64,000 nt of DNA from an uncultured Actinomycetes bacterium (GCA_963742735.1 CAVUMN010000003.1:96001-160000); one strand, 5' to 3'; positions 27,154 through 37,184 are shown, counted from the first letter of the stretch. A program made the numbers and translations. The notes: generated by a model from the sequence alone, not told the origin.

Positions 27154-28374
27154 ATGCGACGGACCAGGACTCGCATCGCCGGCGTGGCGGTGGCGTTCGC
27201 GTTGCTCGGGGCGGCGTGCACGAATACGCCGTCGGACGGAATGACGCACTCGCCGTCCTCGCCGGCGCCGGCCGGGGTCACGACCGACACGGCCGCGGCC
27301 GGGCTGCGCTCGGACCTCAACCGGTTGCTGCAGGAGCACGTGTTCCTGGCGGCGATCGCGTCGAACGAGGCCCTGATCGGGCAGGCGTCCGTGTTCGAGG
27401 CGGCGGCCGCCGCGCTCGACACCAACTCCGACGACATCATCGAGCTGTTCGGCTCCGTCTATCCCGACGCCCGGGCCACGTTCCACGACGCCTGGAAGGG
27501 CCACATCGGGTTCGTCGTGGACTACGTGACCGGTCTGGCGACGGACGACTCGGCCGCGGCCGACCAGGCCGCGGCGGACCTCCAGGGCTACTGGGAGTCG
27601 TTCGGGACGTTCCTCTCCGACACGGTCGAGGGCCTGCCCGACGGGGAGGCCGTGGCCGGTCTGGTCATGGAGCACGTCCTGACCCTCAAGGCCGTCATCG
27701 ACGCGCAGGCCGGCGGGAACGCGACCGACGCGTTCACCGCGCTGCGAGCGGCGGCCGGGCACATGCACGAGATCGGCGACGCCCTCTCCGCGGCGATCGC
27801 CGGCGACAACGGCCTGGAGGGCGACGCGTCGTCGCCGGCGGCCGGGCTTCGCTCGGACCTCAACCGGCTCCTCCAGGAGCACGTCTACCTGGCCGCGTCG
27901 GCCGCGAACGCGGCGCTGTCGGGCCGGATCGCGGAGTTCGAGGCGGCGGCTGCCGCGCTCGACGGGAACTCCGACGACATCATCGGCACGTTCGGCTCGG
28001 TGTACCCGGATGCGGAAGCGACGTTCAACGACGCCTGGAAGGGTCACATCGGTTTCGTCGTCGACTACGTGACCGGCCTGGCGACGGACGACTCGGCCGT
28101 GGCCGACCAGGCCGTGGCGGATCTCCAGGGCTACTGGGAGTCGTTCGGGACCTTCCTCTCCGACACGATCCCGACGCTGCCCGACGGCGGGGTGGTGGCC
28201 GGGCTGGTCATGGAGCACGTGGTCACGTTGAAGACGGTCGTCGACGCGGTGGCTGCGGGAGACCTGGACGCGGTGTTCACGGGCCTTCGCGAGGCCGCGG
28301 CGCACATGCACATGATCGGCGACCCGCTGACCGAGGCGATCGTCATCGATCACCCCGAGGCGTTCTCCGGATAG
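27154..28374 (+). CDS. Lipoprotein with two tandem ~181-aa His-rich helical repeats (often mislabelled copper amine oxidase)
   Basis: GGAAGGAG RBS; lipobox LGAAC; repeats LRSDLNRLLQEHV..WKGHIGFVVDY..MEHV..HMH. Confidence 0.85.
   Translation: MRRTRTRIAGVAVAFALLGAACTNTPSDGMTHSPSSPAPAGVTTDTAAAGLRSDLNRLLQEHVFLAAIASNEALIGQASVFEAAAAALDTNSDDIIELFGSVYPDARATFHDAWKGHIGFVVDYVTGLATDDSAAADQAAADLQGYWESFGTFLSDTVEGLPDGEAVAGLVMEHVLTLKAVIDAQAGGNATDAFTALRAAAGHMHEIGDALSAAIAGDNGLEGDASSPAAGLRSDLNRLLQEHVYLAASAANAALSGRIAEFEAAAAALDGNSDDIIGTFGSVYPDAEATFNDAWKGHIGFVVDYVTGLATDDSAVADQAVADLQGYWESFGTFLSDTIPTLPDGGVVAGLVMEHVVTLKTVVDAVAAGDLDAVFTGLREAAAHMHMIGDPLTEAIVIDHPEAFSG
27298..28340 (+). repeat. Intragenic tandem duplication, period 543 nt
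   Basis: gccgggct(g/t)cgctcggacctcaaccgg at 27298 and 27841, with long near-identical stretches downstream. Confidence 0.9.
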
Positions 28375-28391
28375 GGCTCGGGAGGACACGA

Positions 28392-28421
28392 CGGGAGGGC
28401 CGGGTTCGCCCGGCCCTTCCG
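28392..28421 (+). terminator. Hairpin terminator
   Basis: cgggagggccggg-ttcg-cccggcccttccg with a UUCG loop. Confidence 0.75.
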
Positions 28422-28472
28422 GCGTTTCCGGGCTGGTAATCCGTTGGCGATTGGGCTACGAATCAGGGGGCA

Positions 28473-29384
28473 ATGGACGAGTTCGACCTGGATCGGTACC
28501 TCCGAGCTTCGAAGAAGGTCGACCTGACCGGCGTCGAATGGGACCGCGTCAAGCAGACGCCCCTCCCCGCGGCCGAGGCCCGGTGCCTGGCCTACATGAT
28601 GGACATCGAGTCCCACACGGTGATCTACCTGCGGGACCTGCTCATCACGCGGGCCGCGAACGAACCCGACGTCACCGCGTTTCTGTCTTGCTGGGTCTAC
28701 GAGGAGCTGTGGCACGGCGAAGCGTTCAGCCGGTTCCTGGGCGAGGCCGGCTACGAGCTCGCGCCGGACCGCGAGCGGGTGTGGGGCGACGCCCCATTCC
28801 CCAGCCGGGTCGGCCGCAACGGCTGGATCCGCCGGCAGCTCGGCAGGGGCTACACCAGCCACCTGCTGACCATGCTCGGGTCGTCGCTGACGAAGGACTT
28901 CGTCGCGCTGCACATGACGTGGGGGGCCGTCAACGAGCTCTCCACGCTCACCGGCTACCACCGCATGATCGACCGCACCGAGCATCCGGTGCTCTCCCAG
29001 TTGCTGCACCAGATCATCAAGGACGAGCGGCGGCACTTCGCGTTCTACCGGTCGCAGGCCCGCCTCCGGCTCGCCCGGAGCCCTCGGGCCCGGCGCCTGA
29101 CCAGGTGGGCCATGGATCGGCTGTGGGCGCCGGTGGGGACCGGCACGCGCCCCCAGGCGGAGACCGATTTCGTCGTCGAACACCTGTTCTCGGGGCCGGA
29201 TGGTCTTGCCGCGGCCCGCGAGATGGACGCGGTGATCCGCGAGCTCCCCGGCTTCGAGGGCACGCACATGATCGAGGCATCCCGGATGGCGGCCCTCCGC
29301 CGTCGCCGGGCCCTCGCCGGCCCGGTGGCGGACCGCGCGGGAGCCGTCGCCCCGCTCGCCGTTCAGATCCTCGTAACGGCTTGA
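28473..29384 (+). CDS. Ferritin-like diiron protein (acyl-ACP desaturase-like)
   Basis: Diiron ligand pattern: IESH, WVYEELWHG, NEL, KDERRH. Confidence 0.8.
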   Translation: MDEFDLDRYLRASKKVDLTGVEWDRVKQTPLPAAEARCLAYMMDIESHTVIYLRDLLITRAANEPDVTAFLSCWVYEELWHGEAFSRFLGEAGYELAPDRERVWGDAPFPSRVGRNGWIRRQLGRGYTSHLLTMLGSSLTKDFVALHMTWGAVNELSTLTGYHRMIDRTEHPVLSQLLHQIIKDERRHFAFYRSQARLRLARSPRARRLTRWAMDRLWAPVGTGTRPQAETDFVVEHLFSGPDGLAAAREMDAVIRELPGFEGTHMIEASRMAALRRRRALAGPVADRAGAVAPLAVQILVTA

Positions 29385-29416
29385 CGAAGGGCCCCGACCG
29401 AAGCACGCTCGGGGCG

Positions 29417-31027
29417 ATGTCCGAGCGAGGCCGCGGCGACGAGCGGATCCCGACCACGATCCTGTTTACCGACATCGTCGACTCGACGATCCGGGCCGGC
29501 GAGCTCGGCGACGAGAAGTGGCGGGAGATCCTGCGCTCCCATCACGCCACGATCCGCCGCGAGCTGAAGCGGTACGGCGGACACGAGGTCGACAACGCCG
29601 GCGACGGGTTTTTCGCGGCGTTCTCCAGCCCCGCCGCGGCCATCCGATGCGCGTGCGCGGTCGTCGATGCCGTCAAGCCGCTGGGGATCGAGGTCCGGGC
29701 CGGGGTCCACGTCGGCGAGTCGCTGCGGATCGGCGACAAGCCGGGAGGCATGGCCGTGCACATCGGCTCGAGGATCGCCGGCAACGCGGGGCCGAGCGAG
29801 GTCGCCGTGTCGGGGACGGTGCGCGACCTCACCACGGGCTCGGGGATCGCGTTCGAGGACCGTGGGATGACCGCCCTCAAGGGCGTCGAGGGCGACTGGC
29901 GTATCTACGCCGTGGCCCGCAAGGGCGAGCTCGCACCGAGGGCGCTCGTGCCCGAGCGTCCTCCGACGGAACGGCGCGGCGGCCGTCCGCGCTGGGCGAT
30001 CCCGGCCGCGCTGGCCGTGGTCGCGGCGCTCATCGTCGCGGGCATCGGCATCACCCGACGTGACGAGGGAGGGGCCGTTGGCGGAGGTCCTTCGCCATCC
30101 GCGTTGCCGTCCGGCGAGCTCGGCCCGCCCTTCGGCAACGGCGTGTACGTGATCGACCCCCAGACGAACTCCATCATCGAGGGCAACTCGACAGTGGCCC
30201 CCGCGAACCCCCTGCTCCCGTACGGCGACTCGGTGTGGGTGGGGAGCGAATCCTTGATCGGCCTCTACTCGGCCCCCCTCGACGAGTACGTGACGCGGTA
30301 CCCGGTCACGTCGACGTTCGGGCGCCCGCCGTCGTTCGCGTTCGCCCGGGGCTCGGTGTGGGCGCTCATCCATCCGATCGGCACCGCGAACGAGCTCTAC
30401 CGGTTGGACCCGGAGGGCCACGGCGAACGTCCCGACCCGGTCGAGACCCTGGACGGCCTTTCGGGGCTGGTCCACACCCGAGGCGAGTTTTACACGGCCA
30501 GTCAGGACCGGATCCTTCGGCTGAACGCGCAGACGGGCGAGGTCACCGATGCCGTCGCGATCCCCGGCGTGAAACCGGTCCAGCTGATCGCCCAGGGACC
30601 CATCCTCTACGCCCTCGATCCGATCAGCGCCGCCATCGAACGGATCGACCTCCGCACCGGTACCCACCGGCCCCTGCCGATCCCGAACGTCCTCGCCATG
30701 GCCTTCGGCGATGGCCGCCTTTGGCTCACCACCTCGGACGGTTCGCTGCTCGGGCTCGATCCCGGGTCGCTCCTCCCCGAGGTCACGAACCCGGCGATCG
30801 GCCCCCGGGCCTTCGCGGTCGCCGTCGGACCCGACTCCCTCTGGATCGGCAGCCGCGAGGGAAAGGTGTTGCGGGTGCCGCTCGACGAGCCCGAGGCGGA
30901 GCCGGTGGTGATCGACCTCGGCATCCGGGTCGAGTCCATCGCCCTGGCGGTCACTCCGCGCGTGGTGTGGCTGGGGGTCGGGTGCGTGAGCAGCGGGTTC
31001 GGCAGCTGTCCGGATACCGGGAACTAG
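29417..31027 (+). CDS. Class III nucleotidyl cyclase - TM - extracellular beta-propeller
   Basis: TILFTDIVDST, AGDGFFAAF, VRAGVHVGE, GMAVHIGSRI, LKGV; TM helix; repeated SVW/LWL blades. Confidence 0.9.
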   Translation: MSERGRGDERIPTTILFTDIVDSTIRAGELGDEKWREILRSHHATIRRELKRYGGHEVDNAGDGFFAAFSSPAAAIRCACAVVDAVKPLGIEVRAGVHVGESLRIGDKPGGMAVHIGSRIAGNAGPSEVAVSGTVRDLTTGSGIAFEDRGMTALKGVEGDWRIYAVARKGELAPRALVPERPPTERRGGRPRWAIPAALAVVAALIVAGIGITRRDEGGAVGGGPSPSALPSGELGPPFGNGVYVIDPQTNSIIEGNSTVAPANPLLPYGDSVWVGSESLIGLYSAPLDEYVTRYPVTSTFGRPPSFAFARGSVWALIHPIGTANELYRLDPEGHGERPDPVETLDGLSGLVHTRGEFYTASQDRILRLNAQTGEVTDAVAIPGVKPVQLIAQGPILYALDPISAAIERIDLRTGTHRPLPIPNVLAMAFGDGRLWLTTSDGSLLGLDPGSLLPEVTNPAIGPRAFAVAVGPDSLWIGSREGKVLRVPLDEPEAEPVVIDLGIRVESIALAVTPRVVWLGVGCVSSGFGSCPDTGN

Positions 31028-31045
31028 CCTCGTCGCGCCGGCGTC

Positions 31046-32167
31046 CTAGCCGGGGACCGCGCCCGGCGCCCGGTGGGACTCGGGAATCTCCGGCTGGGGC
31101 CAGCGGTTCCGCGACTTGATCGCGAGCTTCTCCATCAGCGCCACCGCCGCGGGGTCCTCGGAGCCCGGACGCACCTCCACGATCCTGTCCTTGATCGCGC
31201 GCTCGAAGATGTCGGCGCCGCGCTCCGTGCGAATCACCGTGAGCGTCCACCCGCCCTCCTGGCCCAGGCCGCCGAAGGACACGTCGGCGTGCTCGGCCGC
31301 GAAGTCGGGACAGAGCTTGCAGCCGGGCCGGGTGAACTGGTGGGCCTCCTTGAGCGGGAACACGTGCTCCTCGCCGTCCTTCGTGTAGAAGAGCAGCCGC
31401 CCCTTGACGTTCACGCGGACCAGGTCGTCCAGGTCGATCCCCAGGCGGGTCTGGGCGATCTCCTCCATCACGCCCTCGTACGTGAACGACTTGGAGCACA
31501 GCAGGCCGAACGTCCAGGCGATGCGCTTGCGCCATTTGTTGACGCGGCGCGCTTCCAGGGCGCCGGTGACGCTCGCCTGGCAGGACATCCCGACCAGGGC
31601 CACCTTCGACAGGCCCATCTCCGCCGCCTTGGTCAGCGCGAGCGGGTTCGCCGAGTACGTGTACCGCGAGCCCGCCGTGGCGTAGACCTCCTCGGGCGTG
31701 GTGACCACCGCCGGCTCGGCGTCCCACTTCCGTTCCTCGGAGAGCTTCGAGGTGAGCGCGCCGTCGATCTCTCCGGTGGCCAGGCCCCACACGAGGAGCG
31801 CGGAGATGACGCCGCCGTCCTGGCCGTGGGCGAGGGCCGTCGGGTCGGTGGCGCGGGCCAGGACGATCTCGCGGAACACGCCGATCGGCTCCTCGGCCGT
31901 GCGGAGCCGACCGAACATCAGCTCGTCGATCTCCGGCTCCCACTCCCGGAATCGGGGGCAGGCGCGGGTGCAGATGTCGCAGCCCTTGTCGCCGTGCGTG
32001 CACACGTCGGGGCCGTCGGGCATGAGCTGGACCGGCTTGTCGTCCTCGTAGCCCAGGACGTGGAAGGGGCAGACGACCACGCACGCCGAGCACCCCGTGC
32101 AGAGGCCGGTGACCACGACCTCGTGGTACAGGTCGCGCCACTGCGTCTTGTCGGCCGAGGAGGCCAT
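31046..32167 (-). CDS. Coenzyme F420 hydrogenase/dehydrogenase beta subunit family (FrhB/FpoF-like) with N-terminal ferredoxin domain
   Basis: [64 protein letters not shown]. Confidence 0.9.
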   Translation of the reverse strand: MASSADKTQWRDLYHEVVVTGLCTGCSACVVVCPFHVLGYEDDKPVQLMPDGPDVCTHGDKGCDICTRACPRFREWEPEIDELMFGRLRTAEEPIGVFREIVLARATDPTALAHGQDGGVISALLVWGLATGEIDGALTSKLSEERKWDAEPAVVTTPEEVYATAGSRYTYSANPLALTKAAEMGLSKVALVGMSCQASVTGALEARRVNKWRKRIAWTFGLLCSKSFTYEGVMEEIAQTRLGIDLDDLVRVNVKGRLLFYTKDGEEHVFPLKEAHQFTRPGCKLCPDFAAEHADVSFGGLGQEGGWTLTVIRTERGADIFERAIKDRIVEVRPGSEDPAAVALMEKLAIKSRNRWPQPEIPESHRAPGAVPG

Positions 32168-32204
32168 CGAGGGCAGTCTATGGCCCCCGGCTACACTCGC
32201 CGCG

Positions 32205-32993
32205 ATGGCGGAGTTCGCTGAGGACCTCGGCGCGTTCACGATGCGCCCCGGCGATCCCCTGTTCCACCGGGACCCCAAGGGCCGGTTCCTGATCTTCTTC
32301 GGACCGGGCAGCCACCCGGTGTTCACGTCGGTGTTCCGGTTCCGGCTCGGCGCCGACGCCGACCTCCCCGCGGTGGTCGAGGAGATCCGCGCCGTGATCC
32401 GCGGGCGCGGCCGGACCGGCTCGACCTGGGAGGTCGGCTCCTCGGCCACGCCCGCCGGCCTGGCCGACCGCCTGCTGCAGCTGGGGCTCGTTCCCTATGA
32501 GGAGCCGGTCGCCGCGGCGATGCTCCTGGACGCCCCGCCGGCGGTTTCCGGAGGCGAGGGCGTCGAGGTGCGGCGCGTGCAGACCCTGGAGGAGTTCCGG
32601 ACGGCCCAACGGATCGCGTCGGAGGCGTTCGGGGTGCCCCGCGACAACCTGGACGACGACGAGGGTCTGGCGAAGGAGTTCGCCGGCATGACCGACGCGG
32701 GCGGCATGGTGTTCCTGGCGTTCATCGACGGCGAGCCGGTGGGGCAGGGGACGGCGTTCGCCACCGAGCGCGGCGTCTCGCTCGCGGGCGGCTCCGTGCT
32801 CCCGGCCCATCGCGGGGCTGGGGCCTACCGCGCGCTGGTGCTGGCCCGGTGGGACGAGGCGGTCCGGCGGGGAACGCCCTTGCTGGCCACGAACGCCGGC
32901 GCGATGTCGCGGCCGATCCTGGAACGGCTCGGGTTTCGCAAGGTCGCGGAGATCCGGATCCTGCTGGACGACAACGCCGGGGGCTCGCCGTAG
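32205..32993 (+). CDS. GNAT-family acetyltransferase
   Basis: [29 protein letters not shown]. Confidence 0.8.
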   Translation: MAEFAEDLGAFTMRPGDPLFHRDPKGRFLIFFGPGSHPVFTSVFRFRLGADADLPAVVEEIRAVIRGRGRTGSTWEVGSSATPAGLADRLLQLGLVPYEEPVAAAMLLDAPPAVSGGEGVEVRRVQTLEEFRTAQRIASEAFGVPRDNLDDDEGLAKEFAGMTDAGGMVFLAFIDGEPVGQGTAFATERGVSLAGGSVLPAHRGAGAYRALVLARWDEAVRRGTPLLATNAGAMSRPILERLGFRKVAEIRILLDDNAGGSP

Positions 32994-32995
32994 GG

Positions 32996-33340
32996 TCAGA
33001 CGGAGAACGACTCGCCGCACGCGCACTCGTGGATCGCGCGCGGGTTGTTGATCTTGAAGCCGCCGCCCAGGAGGGCGTCGTTGAACTCGAGCGTGGACCC
33101 CTCCACGATCGGCGCGCTCTTCGGGTCGACGACGAAGGTGAGCCCGTGGGCCTCGAGCACGTGGTCGTCGTTCGCGACGTCGTCCTCGAAGGTGAGCCGG
33201 GAGGTGAAGCCGGAGCATCCGCCGGCCAGCACACGCAGGCGAAGGATCGGGCGGGTCCGCCCCTCCCGCTCGGCCAGGGCCACGGCCTTGCGGGCCGCCT
33301 GCTCCGTGACGCTCATGACGTGGGTCGCTTCGCGCTGCAT
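32996..33340 (-). CDS. A-type Fe-S cluster carrier (HesB/IscA/ErpA)
   Basis: GGCSG and NPRAIHECACGESF. Confidence 0.95.
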   Translation of the reverse strand: MQREATHVMSVTEQAARKAVALAEREGRTRPILRLRVLAGGCSGFTSRLTFEDDVANDDHVLEAHGLTFVVDPKSAPIVEGSTLEFNDALLGGGFKINNPRAIHECACGESFSV

Positions 33341-33369
33341 CTTGGCTCGATGTTACAACCGTTCACGAG

Positions 33370-34137
33370 ATGGACCTCGGACTGAGCGGGAAGAACGCGC
33401 TGGTGGCCGCGGCCAGCCGCGGGCTGGGACGGGCCTGCGCGGAGGCACTGGCCGCGGAGGGCGCGCGCGTGGCGATCTGCGCACGCGACGCCGGCGCCCT
33501 GGAGGAGACGCGTAACGCGATCGCCTCGAGCACCGGCGCGGAGGTGGTCGCCATCCCGGCGGACGTCTCTACGGCCGAGGGCGCGACCGGCTTCGTCCGC
33601 GAGGGCGCCGAGGCGCTCGGGGGCTGCGGGATCCTGGTGGCCAACGCGGGCGGCCCGCGGCCGGGCCGGTTCGAGGACCTCTCCGACGAGGACTTCCAGG
33701 CCTCGTTCGAGCTCAACTTCCAGTCGACGCTGCGGATGGCCCGCGAGGCGCTTCCCCACATGCGCTCCGGGGGCTACGGACGGGTGATCGTGATCGGCTC
33801 GATGTCGATGGTGCAGCCGCTGCCCGGGCTCATGCTCTCGAACGCGATCCGCGCCGGCGTCGCGGGGTGGGCGAAGACGCTCGCCGACGAGGTGGCCGCG
33901 GACGGCATCACCGTGAACGGCGTCCTCCCGGACCGGATCCTCACCGACCGCACGCGCTCCCTGGCCGGCAACACGGAGGACGGGCTCGCCGCGCTGGCCC
34001 GTGACATCCCGCTGGGCAGGCTGGGCGAGCCGAGGGAGGTCGCCGACCTGGTGACGTACCTGGCGAGCGAGCGAGCCGCCTACTTGACCGGCGGCTTCTA
34101 CCGAGTGGACGGCGGCCGCTACCGCGCGCTGTTCTGA
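33370..34137 (+). CDS. SDR family oxidoreductase
   Basis: AASRGLG, ANAGGP, SNAIR, ITVNGVLP, VDGG. Confidence 0.93.
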   Translation: MDLGLSGKNALVAAASRGLGRACAEALAAEGARVAICARDAGALEETRNAIASSTGAEVVAIPADVSTAEGATGFVREGAEALGGCGILVANAGGPRPGRFEDLSDEDFQASFELNFQSTLRMAREALPHMRSGGYGRVIVIGSMSMVQPLPGLMLSNAIRAGVAGWAKTLADEVAADGITVNGVLPDRILTDRTRSLAGNTEDGLAALARDIPLGRLGEPREVADLVTYLASERAAYLTGGFYRVDGGRYRALF

Positions 34138-34742
34138 GTGGCCGACGAGGCCGGCCAGGTGGCGAGGGTCTCGAGCAGGCCCAGGTGCTTCCATTCGAGC
34201 TCGACGATCTCGTGCCGCAAGATTCGCTCGCGCTCGGCGCGGTCCCGGTCTCGAGCCGCCCGGCGCCGCTCCGAGACGACCAGGAGCACCAGGCTCACCC
34301 CGGTGAGGACGAACGCGATGGCCGTGGCCGGTGAGGGCCGCCCGGAGACCGCACCGTCCACCGGCTGCAGGGCGCCGTCGATGCCGAGGTCGATCCCCAG
34401 GCCGTGTTCCAGGAGCGTCGCCACGCCGAGCGCGGCCACCAGGGCGCCGATCGCGCCGACGGCGACCGCCCGCGGCCACGACCGGCCGGTGGCGAGCGTC
34501 GCCACGGTGATGCCGATGGCCAGGAAGGCGACCGCCGTGACGGCGGTCATGCTTCCGCGCCCGGGCACGAAGCTTCGCAGGGCGGGCACGTCGTAGCGCC
34601 AGCCGATCAGGACGGCGAGGCCGGCCGCCGCCACGGCGCCGCCGAGGCCGGCGCTGACGCGGCGTGCCAGCTCGGACGTGCGGTCCAGGCTGAACCCCCG
34701 CGCGGCGTGCTTGGGCCGCCAGCGAGACGAGTGGATGAGCAT
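34119..34742 (-). CDS. Membrane protein resembling an isolated sensor-kinase N-terminal TM domain
   Basis: 4 hydrophobic helices; VLIGW..L.S..PG..SM..TA and GIDLGID..GRPSPATA patterns. Confidence 0.6.
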   Translation of the reverse strand: MLIHSSRWRPKHAARGFSLDRTSELARRVSAGLGGAVAAAGLAVLIGWRYDVPALRSFVPGRGSMTAVTAVAFLAIGITVATLATGRSWPRAVAVGAIGALVAALGVATLLEHGLGIDLGIDGALQPVDGAVSGRPSPATAIAFVLTGVSLVLLVVSERRRAARDRDRAERERILRHEIVELEWKHLGLLETLATWPASSATQNSAR

Positions 34743-34791
34743 GGGGGGTATAACGGCCGATTTCGGGACGAACTTGAGGTGTGGGCGCCGA

Positions 34792-36150
34792 TTACTTCTG
34801 GACCAGGCGGGACCAGGCGGTCCTGAGGGTCTGGGACCAGGTGGGGTAGGCGTGGATGGCCTGGGCGGCCACGGCGGCGGGCGTCCGGGAGGCCATCATC
34901 AGGACGACCTGGTGGATGAGCTCGCCGGCCAGCTCGCCGACGATATGGCCGCCGAGCACGTCGCCGGTCCGGGCGTCGGCGACGAGCTTCACGAAGCCCG
35001 CCGCCTCGCCCTCCAGGAACGCCCGGGTGGAGCCGGCGAAGTCGGACCGGCCGACCACGACCTCGTGGCCGGCCTCCACCGCCTGACGCTCCGTCAGGCC
35101 GACCGAGGCGATCTCGGGCTCGGTGTAGGTGACCTTCGGGACCACCCGGTAGTCCCGGGTGCGGGGCTTCCCGGCCAGGTCGGCCGCCACGATCCCCGCC
35201 TCGTAGGACCCCACGTGGGTGAACAGGAGCTCCCCGGTGGCGTCGCCGGCCACCGAGACCCGCGGGTTCGTCGTCCGCAGGGTCTGGGTGAGCAGCGGCT
35301 TCCCCGTGTCGTCCAGGCGCACCCCGGCGGCGTCGAAGTCGTGGGCGTCGAACACCGGCTTGCGGCCCGTCGCCACGAGCAGGTGCTCGGCGGTGACGGT
35401 CCGCCCGCCGTCGAGGTGCAGCGTGATGCCGTCGTCGCCGTGGGAGACCCGCAGGGTGCGGGCCGAGGTGAGCACCTCCACGCCCTCGGACTCCAGGATC
35501 GGCCGCATCGTTGCGGAGGCGTCCTCGTCCTCGACGATCAGGATCCGGTCGAACAGCTCGACCAGGGTGACCTTCGTGCCGAACCGCGCGTAGATCTGCG
35601 CGAACTCCACTCCGATCGGCCCGCTGCCCAGGATGGCGAGCGAGCCGGGCAGCCGCTCCTGCCAGATCGCCTCGACGTTCGACCACCACGTCACGGAGTC
35701 GAGCCCTTCGATCGGCGGCGCCGTGGCCGTCGACCCCGTCGCCAGGACCACGTGGTCCGGCTCGACCTGGGTGCCGTCCTCGAGCTCGACGCGCCGCTCG
35801 CCGGTCAGTCGTGCCTGCTGCATGAGCACCCGGCCGCCGCGTGACTCGTACGGCGTGGCTCCGCCGCTGAGCTCCTCGTCGACCAGGGCGCGGACTCGAG
35901 CCATGACCGCCGGGAAGTCGACCTCGACGCCGCTGACCCGGATCCCGTAGCGGCCGGCCTTGCGGGCCCACGCCGCCACCTTCGCGGCCTTGAGCATCGC
36001 CTTGGTGGGGTCGCAGCCGTAGTTGGCGCACTCGCCGCCGAGCTTGTGACGCTCGGCCATCGACACGTCGAACCCCCGATCGAGGAGCATCGAGGTGAGG
36101 GTTCCTCCCGTCCCGCCCCCGCCGATGACGAAGACCGCCTGCTTGGCCAC
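34792..36150 (-). CDS. Class I pyridine nucleotide-disulfide oxidoreductase (LpdA/MerA-like)
   Basis: IGGGGTG, GGECANYGCDPTK, GSGPIGVE, ATGR, AGD, HAYPT; no C-terminal Cys pair. Confidence 0.9.
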   Translation of the reverse strand: MAKQAVFVIGGGGTGGTLTSMLLDRGFDVSMAERHKLGGECANYGCDPTKAMLKAAKVAAWARKAGRYGIRVSGVEVDFPAVMARVRALVDEELSGGATPYESRGGRVLMQQARLTGERRVELEDGTQVEPDHVVLATGSTATAPPIEGLDSVTWWSNVEAIWQERLPGSLAILGSGPIGVEFAQIYARFGTKVTLVELFDRILIVEDEDASATMRPILESEGVEVLTSARTLRVSHGDDGITLHLDGGRTVTAEHLLVATGRKPVFDAHDFDAAGVRLDDTGKPLLTQTLRTTNPRVSVAGDATGELLFTHVGSYEAGIVAADLAGKPRTRDYRVVPKVTYTEPEIASVGLTERQAVEAGHEVVVGRSDFAGSTRAFLEGEAAGFVKLVADARTGDVLGGHIVGELAGELIHQVVLMMASRTPAAVAAQAIHAYPTWSQTLRTAWSRLVQK

Positions 36151-36186
36151 GCGACATTCTGACGCGCCCGTCGCTCGTAGACTCGG

Positions 36187-36750
36187 GTGATGCCCCTGGA
36201 CCTGCGTCGCGTCACCCCGAGGCTCCTCACCGAGCCGCCGCCGCTGCCCGACGGCGCCCCCGCCGGGGTGTTGGTGCCGATCCTGGACGGGCCCGAGCCG
36301 TCGCTGATCTTCACCGTGCGCGCCGACTCGCTTCGCCACCACAGCGGCGAGATCTCGTTCCCGGGCGGCCGCGCCCATCCCGAGGACGCCGACCTGATGG
36401 CCACGGCGCTGCGCGAGACCCAGGAGGAGCTCGGCCTGCCGCCGGACGCGGTCGAGGTGATCGGATGCCTCCCGTTCGTCCACACCCGCGTGACGGGCTT
36501 CGTGGTCGTGCCGTACGTCGGGCTGCTCTCGGCGCGGCCCGATCTCGTCCCGAACCCGGACGAGATCGCCGAGGTGCTCGAGGTCCCGCTCGCCGCGCTG
36601 CTTGCGACGGAGGAGGAGCGGGAATGGGAGTTCGATACGGAGCGCTACCAGACGTATCAGTACGCGCACGGCGCGCACACCGTTTGGGGGGCGACGGCCC
36701 GGATCGTGAAGGACCTGCTGGACCGACTGCGCGAGGAGGGATGGGGATGA
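36187..36750 (+). CDS. Nudix CoA pyrophosphatase
   Basis: HSGEISFPGG..TALRETQEELG, VWGATA. Confidence 0.93.
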   Translation: MMPLDLRRVTPRLLTEPPPLPDGAPAGVLVPILDGPEPSLIFTVRADSLRHHSGEISFPGGRAHPEDADLMATALRETQEELGLPPDAVEVIGCLPFVHTRVTGFVVVPYVGLLSARPDLVPNPDEIAEVLEVPLAALLATEEEREWEFDTERYQTYQYAHGAHTVWGATARIVKDLLDRLREEGWG

Positions 36751-37184
36751 GCCTGCGTGCCTACGCTCCCGACGACGAACGCCTCGGCGAGCTGCTCGAT
36801 TCGTGGAAGACCATCGCGGTGGTGGGGCTGTCCGCGGATCCGTTCCGGCCCGCGTTCGGGGTCGCCCGCTACCTGAAGGACGTGGGGTATCGGGTGATCC
36901 CGGTGCACCCCGACGCGCAGGACGTCCTGGGCGAGCGGGCGTTCGCGACCCTGGCCGACGTTGACGAGCCGATCGACCTGGTCGACGTCTTCCGCCGCCC
37001 GGAGTTCACGCCCACCCACGCCCGCGAGGCCGTGGCGGTCGGCGCGAAGGGCCTGTGGCTGCAACAGGGGATCGTCAACGACGAGGCCCGCCAGATCGCC
37101 GAGGATGCGGGGCTCGACGTGGTCATGGGACTCTGCATCAAGACGGTCCACCGATGGCTTCGGTCACAGGAGGCGGCGAGATGA
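36747..37184 (+). CDS. CoA-binding protein (YccU-like)
   Basis: IAVVGLS, GYRVIPV, VDVFR, LWLQQG, C near the C-terminus. Confidence 0.92.
   Translation: MSLRAYAPDDERLGELLDSWKTIAVVGLSADPFRPAFGVARYLKDVGYRVIPVHPDAQDVLGERAFATLADVDEPIDLVDVFRRPEFTPTHAREAVAVGAKGLWLQQGIVNDEARQIAEDAGLDVVMGLCIKTVHRWLRSQEAAR

Noticed and set aside
27154-28374. True copper amine oxidase
   Set aside because: No TPQ consensus; too short and predicted all-helical
34792-36150. Mercuric reductase merA
   Set aside because: Lacks the C-terminal Cys-Cys pair and there are no mer genes nearby
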